A stretch of 64,000 nucleotides of DNA from a virus, in the IMG/VR virus record IMGVR_UViG_3300032246_002821, positions 118,954-182,953 of that record; one strand, written 5' to 3'. The position numbers and the translations under genes were made by a program. Shown one piece after another: positions 18,681-25,619 of this stretch (its first letter is position 1; the number at the start of each line of letters is the position of its first letter). The notes beneath the pieces were generated by a model. It saw only the letters and a program-made list of their open reading frames with translations. It searched no databases and was not told where the DNA came from.

Positions 18681-19064
18681 TTGTTACCAGTACCCTATCA
18701 CCCTGCACAAGTGCAGCGATATTTCCACGAATACCACAATTATGAGTATTTTCCACAAGCCGAAGCCATCGAAGTTCGCGAGTACCGCAGGATCGATCCT
18801 GCTGACGTCAAAGCCCGTATCCTGGATTATCTGGGAGAGGTGCTGGCTCGTTGCTGGTGCAACAAGGACCTTATGGCACTGCTCAAGCAGAATCCCCACG
18901 AGTGTTTGCTTCAGTTGGGCATCATCCTGCCGGAAGAGCTGAACATCCTGGTGGAAGAACGCCGGAATAATCCCAATCGTCCCAGATTGGTTGTGTATGA
19001 AAAGCAGGGCAAGATGACCAAACGTGTGTGCCACCTGCAACTGATGATGACCGCTGGCAGGTAG
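18681..19064 (+). CDS. hypothetical protein with an NHLP-leader/nitrile-hydratase-like segment
   Basis: TTG start with SD GGAGG; LARCWCNKDLMALLKQNPHECLLQLGIILPEELNILVEE. Confidence 0.55.
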   Translation: MLPVPYHPAQVQRYFHEYHNYEYFPQAEAIEVREYRRIDPADVKARILDYLGEVLARCWCNKDLMALLKQNPHECLLQLGIILPEELNILVEERRNNPNRPRLVVYEKQGKMTKRVCHLQLMMTAGR

Positions 19065-19099
19065 TTTCTGCATACCAGATGTCACAGGAAAAATGTCGA

Positions 19100-19133
19100 T
19101 TGTAATATGATTGTAACATTCGTAATCCATAAT
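19100..19133 (+). promoter_or_regulatory. Pho-box-like direct repeat plus -10
   Basis: TTGTAAT-atga-TTGTAAC (11-bp period), then 10 bp, then CATAAT, upstream of olsB. Confidence 0.7.
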
Positions 19134-19158
19134 ACGGTAAGTAAACGAAGAGGTTTGA

Positions 19159-20067
19159 ATGATGCAACCCGTATTTCCAGATTTTAAATTCATGATAAAT
19201 GCTTTAAATCGCGATCTGGAAAAGAGTATATTTGGTAAGATACCTTTCGTCATACCCAAGAGTTATACGGTGGTGCTGGGTCGCATAGGTGATCTGGAGA
19301 TCCGGCTGGCACAGACTCGTAAAGAGATCAAGCAAGCACAGAAACTCAGGTATCGTATATTCTTCAAAGAGCAAGGTGCCATCGCCACATTAGAGGCGAT
19401 GATGAAACAGAGAGACATAGATCCATATGATGCATATTGTGATCATCTACTGGTGGTGGATACGAAGTATCCTAGAAAGAAGATGCCAGGAGTTAAAGAA
19501 CTTTATAAAGAACAAGTGGTAGGCACCTATCGCCTACTCAGACAAGATGTAGCAGAAAAGTATTCGGGTTTCTACAGCCAAACAGAGTTTGATGTAGCGG
19601 CCTTGATCCAGCGACACCCAGGCAAGCGTTTCTTAGAGCTAGGGCGTAGCTGCGTTGATAGCGCATACCGCGACAAACGCACCATAGAACTATTGTGGCG
19701 TGGCATCTGGTGGTATGTGAACGAGTGTAAGATAGATGCCTTGTTCGGCTGTGCCAGTTTCGAAGGCACAGATGTTAAAAAATTGTCTGAACAACTGAGC
19801 TTGCTACAAGATGCTGCCAGTGCTGCACCTGAATGGCAAACCCAGGCACATCGTTCGGATTATGACAACACAGATAGGGTGACAGATTATGATGCTAAAA
19901 AAGTGTTGCATCAGTTGCCCACACTGATAAAAGGTTATATGCGCTGTGGTGCCAGGTTCGGCACAGGCGCTGTGATAGATAGAGAATTCAATACCACCGA
20001 TGTGCTAGTGGTATTGCCTGTCACAGACATCACACCCAGATATCGTGAACACTTTACCATGCAGTGA
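19159..20067 (+). CDS. olsB: ornithine-acyl-ACP N-acyltransferase (GNAT), ornithine lipid synthesis
   Basis: LGRIGDLEIRLA...RDIDPYDAYCDHLLV...VGTYRLL...FYSQTEF...LELGRSCV...RTIELLW...FGCASF...LPTLIKGYMRCGA, the Rhizobiales OlsB pattern. Confidence 0.82.
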   Translation: MMQPVFPDFKFMINALNRDLEKSIFGKIPFVIPKSYTVVLGRIGDLEIRLAQTRKEIKQAQKLRYRIFFKEQGAIATLEAMMKQRDIDPYDAYCDHLLVVDTKYPRKKMPGVKELYKEQVVGTYRLLRQDVAEKYSGFYSQTEFDVAALIQRHPGKRFLELGRSCVDSAYRDKRTIELLWRGIWWYVNECKIDALFGCASFEGTDVKKLSEQLSLLQDAASAAPEWQTQAHRSDYDNTDRVTDYDAKKVLHQLPTLIKGYMRCGARFGTGAVIDREFNTTDVLVVLPVTDITPRYREHFTMQ

Positions 20068-20090
20068 AAAAATATTTTTAATATCAGTGA

Positions 20091-20108
20091 TTGTAACACG
20101 ATTGTAAT
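20091..20108 (+). promoter_or_regulatory. second Pho-box-like direct repeat
   Basis: TTGTAAC-acga-TTGTAAT (11-bp period), near-copy of the 19100 element; TAAATA at 20120-20125. Confidence 0.65.
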
Positions 20109-20173
20109 ATTGCCGGTCTTAAATATTTGTGGTAGATGGTCTACCGCTTTTATTTTTTCCCAGGGGAAACAAA

Positions 20174-20488
20174 ATGAATCTTGATATGGTTGAACACGGT
20201 CTAGTGGTTAGTGTTAGTTTTGCGGAAGCAGACGATTTCGACAATGGTCCTGTTCTGGCAGCTATCAATGCTCTTGTAGAAGCATTGAAAGATTGTGCAG
20301 AAGTTAGTGTAAGCATCAGCAGCGAATATGTTGATGATAATGAAGAAGACTTAGTCCAGGAAGATGCAGATGATGAATTCGCTGATGATCAAGAAGATGA
20401 TGAAGCAGATGAATCAGAACATGATGCAGAAGATGCATCAGAAGATACAGATGCTGATGCAGAACACAAAGAAGATGACTTGCACTAA
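20174..20488 (+). CDS. very acidic small protein
   Basis: 104 aa from ATG 20174, about 40 D/E, 2 K, 0 R; SD agggga. Confidence 0.7.
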   Translation: MNLDMVEHGLVVSVSFAEADDFDNGPVLAAINALVEALKDCAEVSVSISSEYVDDNEEDLVQEDADDEFADDQEDDEADESEHDAEDASEDTDADAEHKEDDLH

Positions 20489-20546
20489 CAGCGTGATTTG
20501 AACTCGACAAATCCAGAGCAGTATGTTATACTGCTCTTTTTTTTGG

Positions 20547-20552
20547 TAAATA
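20547..20552 (+). promoter_or_regulatory. late promoter core TAAATA
   Basis: 6 nt upstream of the plcP ATG. Confidence 0.55.
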
Positions 20553-20558
20553 GCAGAC

Positions 20559-21332
20559 ATGAAACAATACAAAAGCATATTCATCAGCGACGTACACCTG
20601 GGCACCAAAGGCAGCAAAGCCGAACTATTACTGGCATTCCTACGAGAAGTAGAATGTGAAAACCTGTTCCTGGTGGGAGACATCCTGGACGGTTGGAGGA
20701 TGAAGAAAAACTGGTACTGGAACGAACACCACAGCACAGTGGTGCAGAAGATACTCAGGATGGCTCGTAAAGGCACAAAAGTTTATTATATCCCTGGCAA
20801 TCACGACGATTTTATGCGTGAATTCTTGGAATATAATTTCGGTAGCATAGAGCTGCACAACGAAATGATTTATACAGGCGTCAATGGCAATCAATACATT
20901 GTGATACATGGTGACAAGTTCGATATCGTGACACTGAATGCCAAATGGCTAGCACACATCGGGGACTGGGCCTATACAGCTCTATTGGATCTCAACACAA
21001 CATTGCATTGGGTAATGCACAAGCTAAAGTTGCCCTATTGGAGCCTGAGCAAATGGGCCAAGAACCAGGTCAAGCAGGCTGTCAGCTTTGTAGGAGATTA
21101 TGAAACCAGTCTGGTGAATTATGCCAGGTTGAAAAAAGCAGACGGCATCATATGTGGACACATCCACAGTGCCCGGATAGGAATGATTAACGATATAGAA
21201 TACATGAACTCAGGCGACTGGGTGGAGAGTTGCACGGCCCTGGTTGAACATACCGATGGTCTCTGGGAGATAATTACTTGGACAACAGACACTGATGTGG
21301 TTATTGATACTACTGGCAGTCAAGATAGGTGA
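20559..21332 (+). CDS. plcP: PlcP-type metallophosphoesterase phospholipase C (usually annotated UDP-2,3-diacylglucosamine hydrolase-like)
   Basis: IFISDVHLG, LVGDILDGW, VVQKILRMARKG, PGNHD, HGDKFD, WSLSKWAK..VK.AV, CGHIH, NSGDWVESCTAL. Confidence 0.82.
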   Translation: MKQYKSIFISDVHLGTKGSKAELLLAFLREVECENLFLVGDILDGWRMKKNWYWNEHHSTVVQKILRMARKGTKVYYIPGNHDDFMREFLEYNFGSIELHNEMIYTGVNGNQYIVIHGDKFDIVTLNAKWLAHIGDWAYTALLDLNTTLHWVMHKLKLPYWSLSKWAKNQVKQAVSFVGDYETSLVNYARLKKADGIICGHIHSARIGMINDIEYMNSGDWVESCTALVEHTDGLWEIITWTTDTDVVIDTTGSQDR

Positions 21333-21528
21333 TCCTGCAGATGTTCCTGGTCGTGTGACCCTGGAATTTCCCACAGAGCAAGCCTGTCAGGCCAGTTTGA
21401 AAACAATGACCTATTGGTTGAAATTCGATAGTTTCAAAGTCACAGGAGCCTGCAAAAGAAATGAAAATAACACTGGTAACAGACACCTGGAAACCCAGCA
21501 TAAATGGGGTAGTGACAACACTAACTAA
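21295..21528 (+). CDS. small phage-type hypothetical protein between plcP and agt
   Basis: hydrophobic N-terminus, FPTEQACQ motif; overlaps both neighbours. Confidence 0.5.
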   Translation: MWLLILLAVKIGDPADVPGRVTLEFPTEQACQASLKTMTYWLKFDSFKVTGACKRNENNTGNRHLETQHKWGSDNTN

Positions 21529-22471
21529 CACCGTACAGCATCTCATACAGCAGGGTCATGATGTACAGATCATAGAGCCTGGCCAGTTTCACACTGTAGG
21601 TGCACCTGGATATGCGGAAGTCAGACTCAGCTGGAACCTGTGGCAAGTGGGCCGGATGATCGAACAGTTCGATCCTGATGCCATACACATCGCCACAGAA
21701 GGTCCACTGGGATTAGCAGCCAGATGGTACTGCAAGGTGGAAAAGCGTAGCATACCACACAACACCAGCTATCACACCAAGTTTCCTGAATATCTCTATC
21801 AGCATTATCACATACCGGAAAGCTGGACCTATCGCTGTATGCGGGTGTTCCACAAGTTCAGCACCCGTGTGCTGGTGACCAATCAGGATATGATGACCGA
21901 TCTCGGTGAACGTGGTTTTGAAAATCTCAGCATCTGGAATCGTGGTGTGGATCGTGAGCTATATCATCCTGATCGTCGTCGTAGGCTCAGCTATCGCAGG
22001 CCCATAATACTGTGTGTTAGCCGTGTCAGTAAAGAAAAAGGACTGGACGACTTCTGCAGTCTACGTGTCAAAGGCACCAAAGTACTTGTGGGAGATGGAC
22101 CTATACTTCCGGAATTGAAAAGACGTTATCCAGATGTGGTATTCGCAGGTGCCAAGACAGGTACTGCACTGGCTGAATACTATGCTGCCGCGGATGTATT
22201 CGTGTTTCCCAGCCAGACCGATACTTTCGGTGTGGTGATGTTGGAAAGTATAGCGTCAGGTACACCTGTGGCTGCTTACCCTGTGACAGGTCCCCGAGAC
22301 GTGGTGATAAATGACGTCAACGGTTACATGGATTCAGACTTGACTGTTGCTGTGGAACGTGCTATGTTATGTGATAGAGTGGCGGTCAGGAACAGCAGCG
22401 AGCAATACGACTGGGCAGCTTGCACCGAAACTTTTGTAAAAAATCTGAAAATAATCGAAAAAAATAGTTGA
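21461..22471 (+). CDS. agt: GT4 glycosyltransferase, Agt-like monoglycosyl/glucuronosyl-diacylglycerol synthase
   Basis: LVTDTWKPSINGVV, PGYAEVRLS, IHIATEGPLG, YHTKFPEY, FVFPSQTDTFGVVMLES. Confidence 0.75.
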   Translation: MKITLVTDTWKPSINGVVTTLTNTVQHLIQQGHDVQIIEPGQFHTVGAPGYAEVRLSWNLWQVGRMIEQFDPDAIHIATEGPLGLAARWYCKVEKRSIPHNTSYHTKFPEYLYQHYHIPESWTYRCMRVFHKFSTRVLVTNQDMMTDLGERGFENLSIWNRGVDRELYHPDRRRRLSYRRPIILCVSRVSKEKGLDDFCSLRVKGTKVLVGDGPILPELKRRYPDVVFAGAKTGTALAEYYAAADVFVFPSQTDTFGVVMLESIASGTPVAAYPVTGPRDVVINDVNGYMDSDLTVAVERAMLCDRVAVRNSSEQYDWAACTETFVKNLKIIEKNS

Positions 22472-22497
22472 CATCGTCTGACGATAGTGTATAAATA
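22468..22497 (+). promoter_or_regulatory. promoter of the tRNA leader (sigma70 site overlapping T4-like late TATAAATA)
   Basis: TTGACA-N16-TATAAA; TATAAATA at 22490-22497. Confidence 0.75.
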
Positions 22498-22526
22498 GAT
22501 AGTAAGTTAAACAAACGGAAAAGAAT

Positions 22527-22604
22527 ATGTTTATGTCGCAAGAACCAAAATCACCCATTTGTAACTGGTATGGTCGTCATACCTGTGGGGTCCTTGTGGC
22601 GTGA
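22527..22604 (+). CDS. putative attenuator leader peptide MFMSQEPKSPICNWYGRHTCGVLVA
   Basis: 25 codons using 19 different amino acids; the last codons form the antiterminator arm. Confidence 0.65.
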   Translation: MFMSQEPKSPICNWYGRHTCGVLVA

Positions 22605-22631
22605 TGTGATCACACATCAATAGTTTACAAG

Positions 22632-22659
22632 AACCCCGGTGTCAAACCCGGGGTTTTTT
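22632..22659 (+). terminator. intrinsic terminator (attenuator), alternative to the antiterminator 22587-22597/22627-22637
   Basis: AACCCCGG-loop-CCGGGGTT followed by a T tract. Confidence 0.85.
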
Positions 22660-22660
22660 G

Positions 22661-22800
22661 TTGGCAGGCAGTTGCTCCCTAAACATAAGAGCAACCTCCG
22701 ACTGGTACTTGAGCCGAATGGCTGAATAGGTGGTTTCCAGCGGAGCAGGAGAGATTGTCTCTCCACAGATACATTTGTGTGTATCTGTAAAGTGACAATC
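22661..22800 (+). ncRNA. candidate structured RNA with a pseudoknot
   Basis: four helices plus 7-bp loop-to-tail pairing GATTGTC/GACAATC. Confidence 0.55.
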
Positions 22801-22802
22801 AA

Positions 22803-22879
22803 CCGCCCTTAGATAACGCTGGCTATATCACTACCCTTTCAAGGTAGAGTAACGGGATCGACACCCGTAGGGCGGACCA
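22803..22879 (+). tRNA. tRNA-Glu(UUC)
   Basis: cloverleaf, CTACC-CTTTCAA-GGTAG, CCA; T-loop ATCGACA. Confidence 0.85.
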
Positions 22880-22885
22880 GTTAAA

Positions 22886-22960
22886 GGACCAGTAGTTCAG
22901 AGGGAGAACAACCGACTCTTAATCGGTGTGTCGCAGGTTCGATCCCTGCCTGGTCTGCCA
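22886..22960 (+). tRNA. tRNA-Lys(CUU)
   Basis: ACCGA-CTCTTAA-TCGGT, TTCGA, CCA. Confidence 0.92.
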
Positions 22961-22963
22961 ATA

Positions 22964-22992
22964 TTGACTTTATCAGTGACATTGTATAAAAT
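22964..22992 (+). promoter_or_regulatory. sigma70-type promoter
   Basis: TTGACT-N17-TAAAAT. Confidence 0.6.
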
Positions 22993-23011
22993 CAAAGAAA
23001 AGGACAATGTT

Positions 23012-23719
23012 ATGGATATATTTTGGAGTGTGGCAGAATGTGCCAGCATACCACATATAAGTTATGAAGAACCCAGGCCGGTTTTGGCAGAAATATCAAA
23101 AACCATTCCTGAGTTCCAAAATCCAAAAAACCGTATAACCAGCTGCCCTGCTTTCCGTGACAGTTGTAAAAACACCTATAGTTTACACGTACCCATAGAG
23201 TATGAATTGACTTATGCTAATAACGACATCAGCACCACAATGTGGGACAGAGAATTTTTTACAGATGTGGTCACAGTCAGAGATTTCAAATATCCCAACT
23301 GGACCAGTATGCAGTTCAAATACATATTTGTTGCAGAGGGAGATCTGGAAATAGAAGTGCTGCCTTGTTTCCTGACTAGCAACAGTTTCACAGACAATGC
23401 AGACATCATACCTGGCCGGATGAACATTGGCAAATGGTTCAGACCTGTGGAATGTGCGTTCGTAGTTAAGTCAGGCGACAGGACCATAACATTCAACCAG
23501 GGCGATGCATACAGTTTTGTCAGGTTTTTGACTGATGAAAAGATCCGTTTACGTAGGTTTTTCATGACACCCGAATTGAATCACATCACCAGCAGCAACA
23601 TAAGCGCCAGAGATTACAAACGCAGATTGAATCCGCTGAGTTATTTTTACAATCTGTACGAACGCAGCCATATGCACAGCAAAGTGCTAAAAGAAGTAAA
23701 AAATAACCTGATGGAATGA
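23012..23719 (+). CDS. conserved phage hypothetical protein (CPAF...IGKWFRP...FNQGD family)
   Basis: start moved to ATG 23012 to avoid tRNA-Lys. Confidence 0.75.
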   Translation: MDIFWSVAECASIPHISYEEPRPVLAEISKTIPEFQNPKNRITSCPAFRDSCKNTYSLHVPIEYELTYANNDISTTMWDREFFTDVVTVRDFKYPNWTSMQFKYIFVAEGDLEIEVLPCFLTSNSFTDNADIIPGRMNIGKWFRPVECAFVVKSGDRTITFNQGDAYSFVRFLTDEKIRLRRFFMTPELNHITSSNISARDYKRRLNPLSYFYNLYERSHMHSKVLKEVKNNLME

Positions 23720-23861
23720 GTTGTGGGTGGAGGTAACCCTCAGTGGAGCAGGCCACTCAGAAACCATCCTGCTGAGTAGGATCCATCACAGGATCTGGGC
23801 AAGGGCGATCATAAGCCAGTGTGGCAGCGGTAGAGGGGGCTGGTCACACACTAAATATCCG

Positions 23862-24170
23862 ATGCGTATAGCCGAGATATTGACAGAATTGGATTTCATG
23901 GGCAGTCCTTGCACCAAAGATTGCAGTGGACACCAGGCAGGTTATATGTGGAGCCTGAACAAGGGCGGCAAGGTTGCCAACAGCTGGAGCAACAGTTTCA
24001 ACAACGGTGCTGCCATAGGTCACAAACAGGCCACACAGCGTCCACAGGGCGGAGGTAAACGTGCTGGTTATACCAGCCAGACTCCAGGTGCTATGAGACG
24101 CAGGAATCAGAGATTGGCTGCACAACAGGCTGCTCAGGCAGCGGCAGCACAACAACCACCACAAGTTTAA
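23862..24170 (+). CDS. late hypothetical protein MRIAEILTE...
   Basis: TAAATA at 23852; CTKDCSGHQAGY motif. Confidence 0.7.
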   Translation: MRIAEILTELDFMGSPCTKDCSGHQAGYMWSLNKGGKVANSWSNSFNNGAAIGHKQATQRPQGGGKRAGYTSQTPGAMRRRNQRLAAQQAAQAAAAQQPPQV

Positions 24171-24180
24171 AACTTTATAT

Positions 24181-24255
24181 GTAGGGATAGTTTAATAGGC
24201 AAAATCTTGGTCTCCAAAACCAAAGTTCCCAGATCGTTGCTGGGTCCCTATGCCA
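24181..24255 (+). tRNA. tRNA-Trp(CCA), non-canonical T-loop
   Basis: TTGGT-CTCCAAA-ACCAA; T-arm CCCAG-ATCGTTG-CTGGG; CCA. Confidence 0.75.
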
Positions 24256-24261
24256 TTACAC

Positions 24262-24418
24262 TGTTACAAACCCTCCAAGTGATAGCGATCTTGTCATAGG
24301 TTTTGTAACATTTTCACTTGGGCAGGCCTGCTAAACTATGATCTGCCTCCGCCACACACGAAACGCAGGATGGGCTGTGTGTGCCAGGCTGTGGAGTGCC
24401 TGAACAAATACTCCACAC
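24262..24418 (+). ncRNA. candidate structured RNA between tRNA-Trp and tRNA-Cys
   Basis: 9-bp, 8-bp, 7-bp and 8-bp complementary helices; no credible ORF. Confidence 0.5.
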
Positions 24419-24424
24419 TAATTT

Positions 24425-24498
24425 GGTCTGGTGTCGGAGTGGTTACGGAGCGGTCTGCAAAACCGCCTACGAGAGTTCGATTCTCTCCCAGACCTCCA
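24425..24498 (+). tRNA. tRNA-Cys(GCA)
   Basis: GCGGT-CTGCAAA-ACCGC, U73, CCA. Confidence 0.92.
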
Positions 24499-24502
24499 AT
24501 CT

Positions 24503-24578
24503 GCTTAGATAGCTCAGCTGGTAGAACACTGCGCTGAAGACGCAGGTGTCAGCGGTTCGATCCCGTTTCTAAGCACCA
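24503..24578 (+). tRNA. tRNA-Phe(GAA)
   Basis: CTGCG-CTGAAGA-CGCAG, CCA. Confidence 0.92.
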
Positions 24579-24579
24579 T

Positions 24580-24656
24580 ACACCCTTAGCTCAGCTGGAT
24601 AGAGCATCTGACTACGAATCAGAAGGCCGGGAGTTCGAATCTCTCAGGGTGTGCCA
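24580..24656 (+). tRNA. tRNA-Arg(ACG)
   Basis: TCTGA-CTACGAA-TCAGA, CCA. Confidence 0.93.
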
Positions 24657-24666
24657 AAAATAAGTA

Positions 24667-24694
24667 TTGACATATATGTTAGATGTAGTAATAT
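24667..24694 (+). promoter_or_regulatory. sigma70-type promoter
   Basis: TTGACA-N16-TAATAT. Confidence 0.65.
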
Positions 24695-24716
24695 GACATA
24701 TACAGGAGATTAGGCG

Positions 24717-25142
24717 ATGATGGAATGTTTGATCTTGGGCGACAGCATCGGACGCGGCATCAGCAGTGTCATGCGCGATTGTGTTCAAATCACAGAAATC
24801 GGCATCAATACTGATAACTGGTACAAGAAATATCACGATCGTCCCATATTCGATATGCAACAATATCGGTATGTGGTGGTCAGTCTGGGATCCAACGACA
24901 TCGCAGATAGCAGTGCCACCATGCGCCGCATACGCAAGAAATTCAGTGCTGCCAAAGTCATATGGGTATTGCCCAGCGATCAGGTCAAAGCGCCACAGCG
25001 AGCCATAGTGGAAAATGTAGCTGCAGAATTTGGCGATTGGGTTTTAAGTATCACTGACCGGGTGGGGGCGGACAAGGTGCACCCACCCACAGTGGAAGCA
25101 TATGAAAAGATAGCAAAAAACATAAAGGACAGTGTAAAATGA
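24717..25142 (+). CDS. SGNH/GDSL hydrolase-like protein (paralogue of 1097..1516)
   Basis: GDSIG, SLGSND, DKVHP. Confidence 0.72.
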   Translation: MMECLILGDSIGRGISSVMRDCVQITEIGINTDNWYKKYHDRPIFDMQQYRYVVVSLGSNDIADSSATMRRIRKKFSAAKVIWVLPSDQVKAPQRAIVENVAAEFGDWVLSITDRVGADKVHPPTVEAYEKIAKNIKDSVK

Positions 25143-25474
25143 TCAAGCGTATTGTTATGGCTACCTGTTTGATTGCATCACCAGCTGTTGCGGAAACCTG
25201 GGCCACTGCTGATTGCACGTTGGCCAACGGTGGCAAGATCCGCTACGCGGTACACGACAGCAAAGGTTTTATCTCTTATGATGGAGAAGGACCCTATGAG
25301 ATGTTTACCAAACGCGATGGTAATATGGGCATTGTCACACACATCGGCAACCGTGGTAACACAGTGTTGGCAGTGGATCTGGATAGCGGCCGAGGGTATA
25401 TTATCACCAAGTTTGATAATGGTCACACCAGAGAAATGAATGTCAGTTGCCGTTTGGGCGTCACAGAAAAATAA
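25139..25474 (+). CDS. secreted/periplasmic hypothetical protein
   Basis: signal-peptide-like MIKRIVMATCLIASPAVA. Confidence 0.7.
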   Translation: MIKRIVMATCLIASPAVAETWATADCTLANGGKIRYAVHDSKGFISYDGEGPYEMFTKRDGNMGIVTHIGNRGNTVLAVDLDSGRGYIITKFDNGHTREMNVSCRLGVTEK

Positions 25475-25478
25475 CCGG

Positions 25479-25506
25479 TTGACAACTATCTTAACTGTGT
25501 TATATT
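25479..25506 (+). promoter_or_regulatory. sigma70-type promoter
   Basis: TTGACA-N16-TATATT, TGT before -10. Confidence 0.75.
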
Positions 25507-25521
25507 CATAATATAGAGTTT

Positions 25522-25598
25522 GGTCAAGTAGCTCAGTTGGTTAGAGTGCCGGCCTGTCACGCCGGAGGTCGCGGGTTCGAGCCCCGTCTTGATCGCCA
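25522..25598 (+). tRNA. tRNA-Asp(GUC)
   Basis: CCGGC-CTGTCAC-GCCGG, CCA. Confidence 0.93.
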
Positions 25599-25619
25599 AA
25601 TTAGAGTCGCTGGATTACT

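Noticed and set aside
22928-23011. N-terminal extensions of track ORFs over tRNAs (22928, also 25589 and 26657)
   Set aside because: They overlap clear tRNA genes or their flanks; downstream ATGs with SD are the better starts.
24291-24309. TTGTCAT...TTGTAAC as a third Pho box
   Set aside because: The half-sites are 12 bp apart, not 11, and are better explained by the RNA helix.
24256-24330. Theta/HDV-like ribozyme after tRNA-Trp
   Set aside because: I could not build P1/P3/L3/P1.1 with the HDV topology; kept only as a generic structured RNA.
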